A stretch of DNA of 64,000 nucleotides from Verrucomicrobiota bacterium. Lineage in GTDB: Bacteria > Verrucomicrobiota > Kiritimatiellia > UBA8416 > JABMPJ01. The stretch is from contig JABGQM010000001.1 of assembly GCA_018648805.1 (NCBI GenBank), forward strand, positions 101,896 to 165,895, in the 5' to 3' direction. The translations under genes were made by a program, and so were the position numbers. Below, in pieces: positions 48,323-57,324 of this stretch (position 1 is the first letter of the stretch; each line of letters opens with the position of its first letter). The notes under the pieces are model-generated. The model made no database searches. It saw only the letters and a list, made by a program, of their open reading frames with translations, and had not been told where the DNA came from.

Positions 48323-49156
48323 ATGAATATTGAATTAGGAGACAAGCAGCATCTTACCAGCTATCGTAAGATTGCGATTGCGAGCTGGCGGCATCCACGC
48401 AATCCGGAGACCTATACCATGTTGGATCTGCCGGTGGAGCCAGCTCTGGCGTTTCTTGAAACGTTGGAATCCGAGGTGCCGCTGACGCTCACGCATTTCG
48501 TAACGAAGGTTGCGGCACACTGTCTGGATCGCTATTCCGAGCTTAATCATGTCCTGAGGCTGGGCAACCTGTACAAGCGTAAGCATATCGATATCTTCAT
48601 CACAACGCTGTTGAAGACGGCACGGGGTAAAGATCTCTCCGGGTTTGTCATTCGCGATGCAGACAGAACATCCATTGCGGAGGTCGCGAGTATAGCCAAA
48701 GCACGCGCCTATGACCTGCGCCAGAACCGAGACCGGGAGTGCCTGAAAGTGCAGCGAATAGTGGATCCGCTCCCGTCGTGGATTCTGAGGCCTTTGCTCC
48801 TGGTTCAAGAATGTCTGCAGTTCACGCTCAATATAGCGCTGCCGGCGGTGGGCATGCCGAAGGATCGTTTCGGATCAGCCATGATCACTAACATCGGCGC
48901 GCTCGGTATTGAGAATGCCTTCATCCCGCTTTCACCGTACTCGCGCTGTCCCCTTCTGATCGGGATTGGAAAACCGCGCAAGGTGCCGATTGTACGTGAT
49001 GACCAGGTCGTTGCAGGAAACTCCGTGATGATCACCTTCACGTTCGACCACCGCTACGCTGACGGCGCGCACGGCTCGCATCTCATGCGGCGCTTCAAGA
49101 AGATCTTCGCCGATCCTGAGGCATTCAGGTCTATTTTTGAAGAGGAGCGTGCTTAG
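48323..49156 (+). CDS. standalone 2-oxoacid dehydrogenase E2-type acyltransferase catalytic-domain protein (CAT-like fold)
   Basis: DHRYADG catalytic His-Asp motif near the C-terminus; no lipoyl or E3-binding domains. Confidence 0.55.
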   Translation: MNIELGDKQHLTSYRKIAIASWRHPRNPETYTMLDLPVEPALAFLETLESEVPLTLTHFVTKVAAHCLDRYSELNHVLRLGNLYKRKHIDIFITTLLKTARGKDLSGFVIRDADRTSIAEVASIAKARAYDLRQNRDRECLKVQRIVDPLPSWILRPLLLVQECLQFTLNIALPAVGMPKDRFGSAMITNIGALGIENAFIPLSPYSRCPLLIGIGKPRKVPIVRDDQVVAGNSVMITFTFDHRYADGAHGSHLMRRFKKIFADPEAFRSIFEEERA

Positions 49157-49260
49157 GTGCCAACATGCAAGGAGTAGGGCGGGGCTTATGCTCCGATCAG
49201 TTTTGTCGCCTTCGCGGCCACCTCATCGTCTCGCAGGTCGCTCTCACTCTAACGCACCGT

Positions 49261-50652
49261 TTAGACGTGAGAAGGCATCAGCCCCACGGGGTGTGTGCCA
49301 TCACTGGGCACGGTGGCCTCGGTCGTGGAGGGGATGCCGTCGCACATGTTGGCGGGGGTGTTGCGGCGTAGGGCTTTGAGACCGTAGAAACCGTTCATGC
49401 AGAGTGTCATCAAGAAGGCACCCAGTCGCAGCCGATGGGTCGATCGAAGAAGACGGCCGACACAGTGGCGCAGTGAGAAGGCCTTGGTCCATAGCTGGCG
49501 GTGTGCTTCTTTCAGCTCATCCGCGTCCATGTTAGCCGGCGTGAAGGCGACATTGAACCCGTTGTAGAACTCCCATCCGCGCTGCGGTATGAGACGCCCC
49601 TCCTGCTCAAAGGTGTCGTGTAGCGCGGTGCCTTTGAACGGGGTCAGAATGCTGAGAAAAGGAACGTCGACACCGATGTCAAATAGCTGATCGCTCATCG
49701 CAACGATGCTGGCCGGGGTGTCGCTGTCGAAGCCGGCGATGAAGCCAGCCATCACGCAGATCCCACGCTCATGAAGGAGCGCAATGCAGCGTCGGTACTC
49801 CTCAATACGGTTATGTTGCTTATGTGCTTGCTGGAGTGCGTTCTGATGGAAAGACTCGATGCCGAGGAAGATTCCTATGCAGCCGGATTCCTGCATGAGA
49901 TCAAGCAGTTCTTCGTCGCGTGCGATATCGATGCTGGCCTGGGTGAGCCACCACTTCTTGTGCGGAATCATGGCGCGCAACAGCTCCTTGGCGTAACGCC
50001 GGTCGGCCAGCAGGTTGTCGTCCCAGAACCAGACCAGCTTTCGCTGCCACCATCGCTTGAAGTGATTGTAGGTGATGTCACGCATGACGTCGGCGACCGG
50101 GCGCATGCGAAACCCGGGGTTGAGACTCGGAACCGAACAGAACGAGCAGGAGAAGGGACATCCGCGCGTGGCTTGAACCACCCGCTTCACAAAGAAGGCG
50201 TCCGGCAGCAAGTCATAGCGAGGGGAGGGGAGCCCCTCCATCGCACATGGCCCCCCGACATAGCGCGCTTTCAGCAGCCCCTTCTCTGCATCGGCGATCA
50301 TCGCCTGCCATACGGCTTCTGCCTCTCCAATCACGATGGAGTCGAACACGCGCGCGGCCTCGTCCTCGCAGAATGTCACATGGGGGCCACCCCCTATGAC
50401 GGTCTTCCCGCGCCGTTTGAACTCGGCGGCGATCCTATAGGCCGCTGGCGCGAATCCGCTCTGTGTCGAAATGGCGATCAGATCCGCATCGCTGTCGAAC
50501 GGAATCGGCTCCACCTTCTGGTGAATCACGCGGACCTCGTGCTGTGGTGGGGTCAAGGCCGCAAGATGGATCCCCGTCAGTGGCGGGACGAAGGTACGCA
50601 GGTGGCCTTTGCGGTAGCGCGGAATGTAGGCGACGATGATGTCAATTTGCAT
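49261..50652 (-). CDS. B12-binding-domain radical SAM protein
   Basis: N-terminal B12-binding Rossmann region; CxxxCxxC (CPFSCSFC) radical SAM cluster motif; start taken at MQIDII. Confidence 0.8.
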   Translation of the reverse strand: MQIDIIVAYIPRYRKGHLRTFVPPLTGIHLAALTPPQHEVRVIHQKVEPIPFDSDADLIAISTQSGFAPAAYRIAAEFKRRGKTVIGGGPHVTFCEDEAARVFDSIVIGEAEAVWQAMIADAEKGLLKARYVGGPCAMEGLPSPRYDLLPDAFFVKRVVQATRGCPFSCSFCSVPSLNPGFRMRPVADVMRDITYNHFKRWWQRKLVWFWDDNLLADRRYAKELLRAMIPHKKWWLTQASIDIARDEELLDLMQESGCIGIFLGIESFHQNALQQAHKQHNRIEEYRRCIALLHERGICVMAGFIAGFDSDTPASIVAMSDQLFDIGVDVPFLSILTPFKGTALHDTFEQEGRLIPQRGWEFYNGFNVAFTPANMDADELKEAHRQLWTKAFSLRHCVGRLLRSTHRLRLGAFLMTLCMNGFYGLKALRRNTPANMCDGIPSTTEATVPSDGTHPVGLMPSHV

Positions 50653-51108
50653 GATGAGCTCCTTGCTTTGTGCGGTTCTCTGTGGTTCCAAGAGAGACGA
50701 GTATCATACCGCAAAGCACTTTGCAATACAAAGTGACAAAGAAATGCCGGGTACCTTCAAGAGGTAATACCTGGACCCCCTGCCGGTTCATCCGGCAGGA
50801 GTCAAAGACTGTCAGTCAACCGATGTGATCTCAAGACCTTCTGCGGCTGGCAGCGCGAGGAAAGCCCTGTGGGCCAGACTCGCACCAGACAGCCGCAGGT
50901 TCTGCTTTACCTCTTCTCTATAGACGGGGAATCTTTTGCACCTGCCGGGTAAACCGGCAGGGGGCATTCGGCAGCCATTAACAGGTGAACATTCCCGGAA
51001 TCTTGGCGGGTGTGGCAGTCCGAAATGGAAGATGGATCTAAGACTGGGGCATCGAGTTCCGTCTACTCTGTAGAGACCCAACGGCGGATCTGACTGAAAG
51101 GAGACATC

Positions 51109-52680
51109 ATGTCGACTGAATATGAGGCGTTGCGTGAGTTGATGGCGAGACACGGATTGCTTTCACTGTTCACGAAGCGGTCGCTGCGCGAGCGGATCCA
51201 CAGAGTGCGCGCAGGACTGAAGGCGGAGAAGGGGAGCGGCGAATACAAGTATGCGCGGCTGCAACTGGTTCGTCTCTCGGCGCCACTGAGCGCCGTCATG
51301 GTGCCGCTGCTGGCGGTCCTACTCCTGACGCTCCTGGCCCGGGCCATTCCTGAACACAGCTCTAGCATGATCGTGGAGATGATCCCGGAGGAGCCCGCAC
51401 CCGAGCCTCTCGATCCGAACGTCGAGGTGGAGATAGATCCCCTCGAGACGCCTACGCCGACTGACGTCGAGACTTTGCCGGACACCCCCATGACCGTCGA
51501 TGAACCGAATGTGTTGGACACGCCGGCGGTAGAACCGGTCGCCGACATCGTCGAGCGCTTCACGGTGGACCTGACCCGGAGCCCCGTGTATTTTCCGGGA
51601 CCCTTTGGGCCACGCGGCGACCCCGGTGGCCGCGACGAGGCGATGGAGACGTTCGATGCGCCCGGCAATACGGAAGACGCCGTGATACGGGCACTGCGTT
51701 GGCTGCAGGCGGAACAGCTGCCGGACGGCTCGTGGGCCAAGACCAAGCCGGCCATGACGGGCCTGGCGCTGCTGGCTTTTCTGGGGCATGGTGAAAAACC
51801 TGAATCTGAAGCCTATGGCGAGACGGTGTTGAAAGCGATCCAGTGGCTCGTGAACAATCAAGAATCAAGCGGCCTCTTCAGAGGGCGCGATGGTCACAAC
51901 TACAGCCACCCGATTGCGACCTACGCCCTGTGTGAGGCCTTTGCGCTGACACAGGTGCCGATGGTACGCGAGGCAGCCGAGAAGGCGTTGGCCGTTGTGG
52001 TTGAGGGACAGCACTCCAGCGGCGGGTGGGACTACAACTGCAAACAGTCGACGCGCGATGATACCTCCTATATGGGGTGGTGCGTGCAGGCGTTGAAGGC
52101 GGCCAAGATGGGCGGCTTGGAGCATCCCGGTCTCGATGCGGCCATGGCACGCGCCGTGAAGGGCATGCAGAAGAACGCACATCCGCAGGGCGGATTCGGC
52201 TACACCCGTCCGGGGCAGGGCGGGTTGACCGGTGTGGGCGTGCTCTGCATGCAGATGCTTGGCGCCGGCCATGAACCGGAGGCGCGGCGCGGGTTGGCGA
52301 ACCTCCTGCAGACGGCAACCTTCGACTGGCAGAAGCCGTGGGGCGGCTCGCCAATGTATTACTGGTACTACGCCACGCAAGCCCACTTTTTTGCGGGAGG
52401 CAGCGCCTGGGAGAAATGGAATCCGGGTTTTGCCCATCAACTGGTCCGTGGCCAGACGGTGCTGAGATCCCAGGCCGAGGGCGAGAAGAATATGGGCTAC
52501 TGGGACTCTCCCGGTCAGAAAGAGCACAGCGACGGCCGCGTGCAGGACACCTGCCTGGCCACCCTCCAACTCGAAGTCTACTACCGCTACCTGCGCACCC
52601 AGCAGCGCCCTGGTGAAAGAGAAGAGGAGAACGACTTGGCCACCGGCCAGAAAGAGGTAAAAGTTCAGATTGTGATCTGA
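51109..52680 (+). CDS. membrane-anchored prenyltransferase/squalene-oxidase-repeat (terpenoid cyclase-fold) protein
   Basis: TM anchor, Pro/Glu-rich linker, repeated QW-like motifs (LPDGSW, SGGWDY, QGGFGY). Confidence 0.7.
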   Translation: MSTEYEALRELMARHGLLSLFTKRSLRERIHRVRAGLKAEKGSGEYKYARLQLVRLSAPLSAVMVPLLAVLLLTLLARAIPEHSSSMIVEMIPEEPAPEPLDPNVEVEIDPLETPTPTDVETLPDTPMTVDEPNVLDTPAVEPVADIVERFTVDLTRSPVYFPGPFGPRGDPGGRDEAMETFDAPGNTEDAVIRALRWLQAEQLPDGSWAKTKPAMTGLALLAFLGHGEKPESEAYGETVLKAIQWLVNNQESSGLFRGRDGHNYSHPIATYALCEAFALTQVPMVREAAEKALAVVVEGQHSSGGWDYNCKQSTRDDTSYMGWCVQALKAAKMGGLEHPGLDAAMARAVKGMQKNAHPQGGFGYTRPGQGGLTGVGVLCMQMLGAGHEPEARRGLANLLQTATFDWQKPWGGSPMYYWYYATQAHFFAGGSAWEKWNPGFAHQLVRGQTVLRSQAEGEKNMGYWDSPGQKEHSDGRVQDTCLATLQLEVYYRYLRTQQRPGEREEENDLATGQKEVKVQIVI

Positions 52681-52730
52681 TGGCCGGTTGAGGTAGTGTG
52701 AGCGGAAAGCGGAAAGCAAAGGAGACCAAG

Positions 52731-53228
52731 ATGAGACCTCATCAGTCGTGGATCGGGAGACTAGTCGTGCTTGCAAGTGCCGTCGCGCTCTGCCTGCCTG
52801 TTGCAGCAGCGGACCATAAGGAACTGAAGGCGTTTCCGCCTGCGAAAGAAGGCATGAAACGTCTCGTCATCGTGCTGCCGCACAAGGAGCGTGGCGAAGA
52901 AGATGCTTTCAAGGTCGAGATCGTCGCCGGCAAGACGATGCTGACCGATGGGGTCAACCGGATGCGACTCGGAACCGCCATTGAAGCTCGTCCCCTCAAA
53001 GGCTGGGGCTATACCTATTATGACGTCACGGGATCCGGGCACGCTATGAGTACGATGATGGCTCCGCCACCGGGGACCCCCAAGGTCAAGCGCTTTGTGG
53101 CGGGCACCTCCCTGACGATCCGGTACAACAGCCGTCTGCCCATCGTGGTCTACGCACCCCCGGAGTACGAACTGCGCTATCGGATTTGGAAGGCGCCGCA
53201 GCGCTTCGAAACGGTCAACAACGGGTAG
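52731..53228 (+). CDS. eco: ecotin-family serine protease inhibitor (periplasmic)
   Basis: Strong colinearity with E. coli ecotin: KEGMKRLVI, KGWGYTYY, STMMAPPPG, RYNSRLPIVVYAP, RYRIWKA; signal peptide. Confidence 0.85.
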   Translation: MRPHQSWIGRLVVLASAVALCLPVAAADHKELKAFPPAKEGMKRLVIVLPHKERGEEDAFKVEIVAGKTMLTDGVNRMRLGTAIEARPLKGWGYTYYDVTGSGHAMSTMMAPPPGTPKVKRFVAGTSLTIRYNSRLPIVVYAPPEYELRYRIWKAPQRFETVNNG

Positions 53229-53381
53229 GCGCCCGCGCCACAATACGAGACGCTCCGCCCCTTACCCGGCCTGTGATTCCCATGTTCAGTCAGTCCCCTC
53301 TGGGGCTCTCTCAGCCGTTTCCGTTGGCGAAATCGGAAGCCAGTGTCGACCACCGATGCCCCGATGCAATGCACTGCCTTT

Positions 53382-53723
53382 TCAGAGCCGAACGATTGTG
53401 GTCTCGGCCGACCACGACTTCCAAGGGGGCTTTCCCGACTTGAGTTGGTTGGCAATGTCCGGTGGGAGGTCTGATAAGAGTGTCCAGTAGACCGTCGTCC
53501 TGTGGCCGTGAAACATGAACGGCGCTTGCCCATACTCCAAGTATGCCCTCTGGTCTGTGTTTCCTATGTAGGTTGTCCAGTTGAAACTGGAGATCTGTTT
53601 CATGCGTTCTGCTCGGATGACAAATTCAGATCCGGACAAACGCTTGATGCGAGTGCTGGCACAGCCAGAGAGAGACATGCCGATCAAGACGACTAGAAGG
53701 GCTGTTGCTGCTCTTGTCATCAT
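53382..53723 (-). CDS. hypothetical lipoprotein
   Basis: Lipobox LSGCAS; no other recognisable features. Confidence 0.4.
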   Translation of the reverse strand: MMTRAATALLVVLIGMSLSGCASTRIKRLSGSEFVIRAERMKQISSFNWTTYIGNTDQRAYLEYGQAPFMFHGHRTTVYWTLLSDLPPDIANQLKSGKPPWKSWSAETTIVRL

Positions 53724-53807
53724 CTCGTCCTTTCTCTGAGAGACGTCTGGGCTCTCCGGCGGCCTTTAGGCCGTACGTGAGCAGCCCTTTGTTGGCCTCT
53801 CTGGTCA

Positions 53808-54107
53808 TCAGGCATGTAGAGGTGCAGCGTGCAGTTCGATGCCAAGAGCCTGAACCACTTTGAGAATTGTATCAAACCCCGGGGTTCGGTCACCGGAGAG
53901 GGCTTTATAGAGACTCTCCCGCGAGAGACCAGCATCCCTCGCAACTTGTGTCATGCCCTTGGCGCGAGCGATGTCACCGAGGGCCTTGGCGACGAACGAT
54001 GCATCGCCGTTTGACTCATCGAGGCACGCCTCAAGATAGGCGGCCATCTCTTCGGGGGTCCGAAGGTGCTCGGCCACGTCATATCGTGTGGTACTTGTCT
54101 TGCTCAT
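53808..54107 (-). CDS. HigA-family addiction-module antidote (HTH antitoxin)
   Basis: ~100 aa with an HTH and the conserved C-terminus of the putative addiction-module antidote family; immediately downstream of the toxin gene. Confidence 0.65.
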   Translation of the reverse strand: MSKTSTTRYDVAEHLRTPEEMAAYLEACLDESNGDASFVAKALGDIARAKGMTQVARDAGLSRESLYKALSGDRTPGFDTILKVVQALGIELHAAPLHA

Positions 54108-54117
54108 ATTCCTCCTC

Positions 54118-54408
54118 CTACAAGTTGCGCGATAGGCGCAACGCAGTGCTAATGTCCCGACTTTGGGTCCGCTTGTCACCACCGGCTAGCAATATGACCA
54201 ACGAGCGTCCTCGCTTCCTGAAATAGACCCGATAGCCGGGACCGTAATCAATGATCAACTCCGATACCCCTTCACCAACTGGCCTGACGTTTCCGGCATT
54301 GCCTGCGGCAAGTCGCTCGATCCTCGCAAGAACGCGAGCGCGTGCGCGTAGGTCGCGTAGGCCGTCAACCCACTTGGCAAATGTGGCCGTCTTACGGATT
54401 TCAATCAT
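54118..54408 (-). CDS. RelE/ParE-superfamily addiction-module killer toxin (HigB-like)
   Basis: 96 aa; typical N-terminus MIEIRKTATFAKW…; 10-bp gap to the antitoxin gene. Confidence 0.65.
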   Translation of the reverse strand: MIEIRKTATFAKWVDGLRDLRARARVLARIERLAAGNAGNVRPVGEGVSELIIDYGPGYRVYFRKRGRSLVILLAGGDKRTQSRDISTALRLSRNL

Positions 54409-54611
54409 CGGCTATACTGTATCCAGAAGGCTACACCCTGTCAAGTGTCGGGTTTCGGATTCCTCATCTTAGGCCAACGCCTCGCGGGGTGGAGGGACAG
54501 GCCACCAGAGTACCCCCAGCGGGTAGCCGCCCGCACCACAATGACAGCCGGTGGTGCCGGACACCACATTGCGTTGTTGCCGTGGGCGGGGGGTTATGGT
54601 TTGCTCAACAG

Positions 54612-56303
54612 ATGCTTGAGTCTGGTGCATATGGGCGATCGCCGCTGGGGCGGGCGGTTCGAAGAGTCGGGGGGCGTCTTGCCGTCGTGCGGTTCGCGCG
54701 GTGGTGGCAGTGGGCCTTTCTGTCTGCGGCCGTGCTGTATGCGGTTGTGCTGATCGTCTCGCGTCTGCTGATCTCGCTTCCCTTCATAGTGGATCCACTG
54801 ACGCTGGTGGTGATTCCGCTGATCTCACTGCCGGTGGCGTGGCTGGGCTATCGGCGGGTCAGCCCGTCCGATGGGGCGCGGGCGATAGATAAGGCAGAGG
54901 GCACCAGCGATCTCTTCCTGACGGCTGTATTGATCGAGGAGGGTGCGCCGGAATTTTCGGAACTGGTGACCTCGGATGCCGCGCAGCGTGTGGGGCAGGT
55001 GAAGCCGCGCCGCGTGGTGCCCTGGGATGGCCGGGCTGAGGCGTTGCGCTGTGTGGCGGCCGTGGTGGTGTTGTGGGCTGGGGTCGCATGGCTGCCGCAG
55101 CTCGATCCGTTTGGACATGTCGAGCAGCGCGAGCAGCAGGAGGCCCGACGTGAAGAGCTCTCACAGACCCGCCAAGTTACGCAGCTGCGCAAGGCGCGTA
55201 TCGCCACGAAGCTGCCGTCCGGCAAACTCAGCGAAGAGACCGAGCTGCGCATTGAGGAACTGAAGAAGACCTTTGTGAGTATGAATCCGGGGCAGCCCAA
55301 GAACAACTTCAAGGCGCTGACCCAACAACAACAGGAGCTGGGCAAGAGCTGGCAGCGCACCAAGCACTCCAGCGCCGCCCTGGGTGCCCTGCCGCGCCTC
55401 GACCAAGCGTTCGGCGCCCAGTCGCCCCGTACGGAGCAGTGGAGTAAGCAGCTGGCGCAGGGCGATGCAGAGGGGATGAAGCAGGAGCTGCGTGAGCTGG
55501 GCGATATGGCGCGTAAGCTGGCCGAGATGCCCGATGGCGAAGTGAAGCGCAAGCTTGAGCGTGAGATGAAGCGTCGCCTTGAAGAGCTCTCCCGTTTCGC
55601 CAACGACAAGATGGCCGCGCGCGCCCTGGCCGCCTCGCTCGAGCGGGCTCTGACCCAGATGAAGATGGGCGATTCCCAGGAGCTGTCACAGGAGGCGATG
55701 GAGGCCCTGGCCGAGTCCCTCAATCTTTCTGAAATGGAGCTCTCCCAACTGCAACAGTCCATGGATGATTTGAAGGCTCTGGAAGAGGCCCTGCGCACGC
55801 TCCAGATGGCGCAGCAGTGCAACCAGCAGCAGGCTCTGGATGGCGAGGCCTGCACGAATGCGGCCTCCCTCTCGGATTACGCCGCGATGTATGAGCAGAT
55901 GCTGGCCCAGCAAGGCGGCTGCGGTGCCTGCGAGGGCTGCCTGGCCGGCACGGGCTGCACCGGCGGCGGCGGGGCGGGACAAGGCATGGGGGGACCGGGG
56001 ACAGGCGAGGGTGGCGAAGCCCCTGAAGATGACTCGCTGGAGACCGATCATGTCAGCGAGACCTCGCGCTCGGCCATGCGCGCCGGCAAGATCCTGATGC
56101 AGTGGCAAACCGATGAGTCGGCTGACCGCGGTCGCGCCGCGGCCGACTACGATCGCCAGATCCGGGATCTGCGTGAAGGGATCAGCGAAGCCGTGCTCAA
56201 CGAAGGGGTCCCGCCGGTCTATCACGATACGATCCGCCGCTATTTCGATTCGCTGGCCGGCGGCGAGGAGGCCGCCGCACTGCCCGAGGAAGAGGCGCCA
56301 TGA
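54612..56303 (+). CDS. membrane protein with long coiled-coil and Gly/Cys-rich segment, first gene of the ABC-transporter operon
   Basis: Three N-terminal TM helices; Gln/Glu-rich coiled coil; stop overlaps the SBP start (ATGA); start uncertain (ORF opens at 54342). Confidence 0.45.
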   Translation: MLESGAYGRSPLGRAVRRVGGRLAVVRFARWWQWAFLSAAVLYAVVLIVSRLLISLPFIVDPLTLVVIPLISLPVAWLGYRRVSPSDGARAIDKAEGTSDLFLTAVLIEEGAPEFSELVTSDAAQRVGQVKPRRVVPWDGRAEALRCVAAVVVLWAGVAWLPQLDPFGHVEQREQQEARREELSQTRQVTQLRKARIATKLPSGKLSEETELRIEELKKTFVSMNPGQPKNNFKALTQQQQELGKSWQRTKHSSAALGALPRLDQAFGAQSPRTEQWSKQLAQGDAEGMKQELRELGDMARKLAEMPDGEVKRKLEREMKRRLEELSRFANDKMAARALAASLERALTQMKMGDSQELSQEAMEALAESLNLSEMELSQLQQSMDDLKALEEALRTLQMAQQCNQQQALDGEACTNAASLSDYAAMYEQMLAQQGGCGACEGCLAGTGCTGGGGAGQGMGGPGTGEGGEAPEDDSLETDHVSETSRSAMRAGKILMQWQTDESADRGRAAADYDRQIRDLREGISEAVLNEGVPPVYHDTIRRYFDSLAGGEEAAALPEEEAP

Positions 56304-57319
56304 AGCGACCCTGGCTGCGCATCGCCTTCCTCATACTCATGCTTCTGCCCGCCGCGTTCGTCATCACGCTGGTGCATCTGCGCGCGCCGGACCTGGTCGT
56401 CTACTGCGCCCATGACTCACTCTATGCCGACGCCGTCATCCGGAAGTTCGAGGCGCAGTCGGGTCTGCGTGTGGCGGTGAAGTATGACAGCGAGGCCACC
56501 AAGTCGCTCGGCCTGACCGAGTTGCTGATCTATGAGCACGAGCGACCGCAGTGCGATGTGTTCTGGAACAACGAACTGCTCGGCACGCGCGACTTGCAGG
56601 CGCGCGGCATGCTGGCCGCCTACAAGGGCGACGGGTATGCCCGTATTCCTGACAAGCACAAGGATGCCGACGGCCTGTGGACGGGCTTTGGCGCCCGCAT
56701 GCGCGTCTACATTGTGAACACGAACCGCTGCAACGCCTCGTATGCGGCCGTAGACGCACGGCTCGCCGCAGATGATCTCTCGCGCGTGGCCATGGCGCGT
56801 CCGCTCTACGGTACCACTCTGACCCACTACTGTGTGCTGTGGCAGCAGATGGGGAAAGCGGGAGTGCTGGGCTGGCACACCTCACTGCGCCAACGCGGTC
56901 TGCGCGAAGTGGCCGGCAACTCCACGGTCAAGAACCAGGTGGCGGCTGGGGCGTGCGATCTCGGCTTCACGGATACGGATGATTTCTTCCTGGCCAAGGA
57001 CGCGGGTGCGCCCGTGGCGTTGTTGCCGGTGGTGACGCCAAACAACACGACCATCGTGATTCCCAATACGGTGGCGATTATCGCAGGTGCCCGGCAGCCT
57101 GCCAACGCGCGGCGCTTCGTCGACTACCTTCTCTCGGCCGAGACCGAGATCGCTCTCGCCAATTCGCCTTCGCGCCAGATTCCCCTGGGCCTGGTGGATC
57201 CATCTCTGATCCCCCCCGAGGTCGCTGACCTGCTGCCGGCGGCCGCACGTGGCGGCACGCTGAGCGGGCTCAACGAGATTCGCACAGCCTGCATCGCCTG
57301 GTTGAAAGGGGAGGGCTGA
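56300..57319 (+). CDS. ABC transporter periplasmic substrate-binding protein (family-1, iron(III)/FbpA-like)
   Basis: Signal peptide; SBP_bac_1-like fold. Confidence 0.75.
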   Translation: MKRPWLRIAFLILMLLPAAFVITLVHLRAPDLVVYCAHDSLYADAVIRKFEAQSGLRVAVKYDSEATKSLGLTELLIYEHERPQCDVFWNNELLGTRDLQARGMLAAYKGDGYARIPDKHKDADGLWTGFGARMRVYIVNTNRCNASYAAVDARLAADDLSRVAMARPLYGTTLTHYCVLWQQMGKAGVLGWHTSLRQRGLREVAGNSTVKNQVAAGACDLGFTDTDDFFLAKDAGAPVALLPVVTPNNTTIVIPNTVAIIAGARQPANARRFVDYLLSAETEIALANSPSRQIPLGLVDPSLIPPEVADLLPAAARGGTLSGLNEIRTACIAWLKGEG

Positions 57320-57324
57320 GCAAG

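Noticed and set aside
51865-52776. 303-aa and 283-aa minus-strand ORFs
   Set aside because: Antisense to the prenyltransferase/squalene-oxidase-repeat gene; Arg/Ala/Pro-rich translations typical of GC-rich antisense frames.
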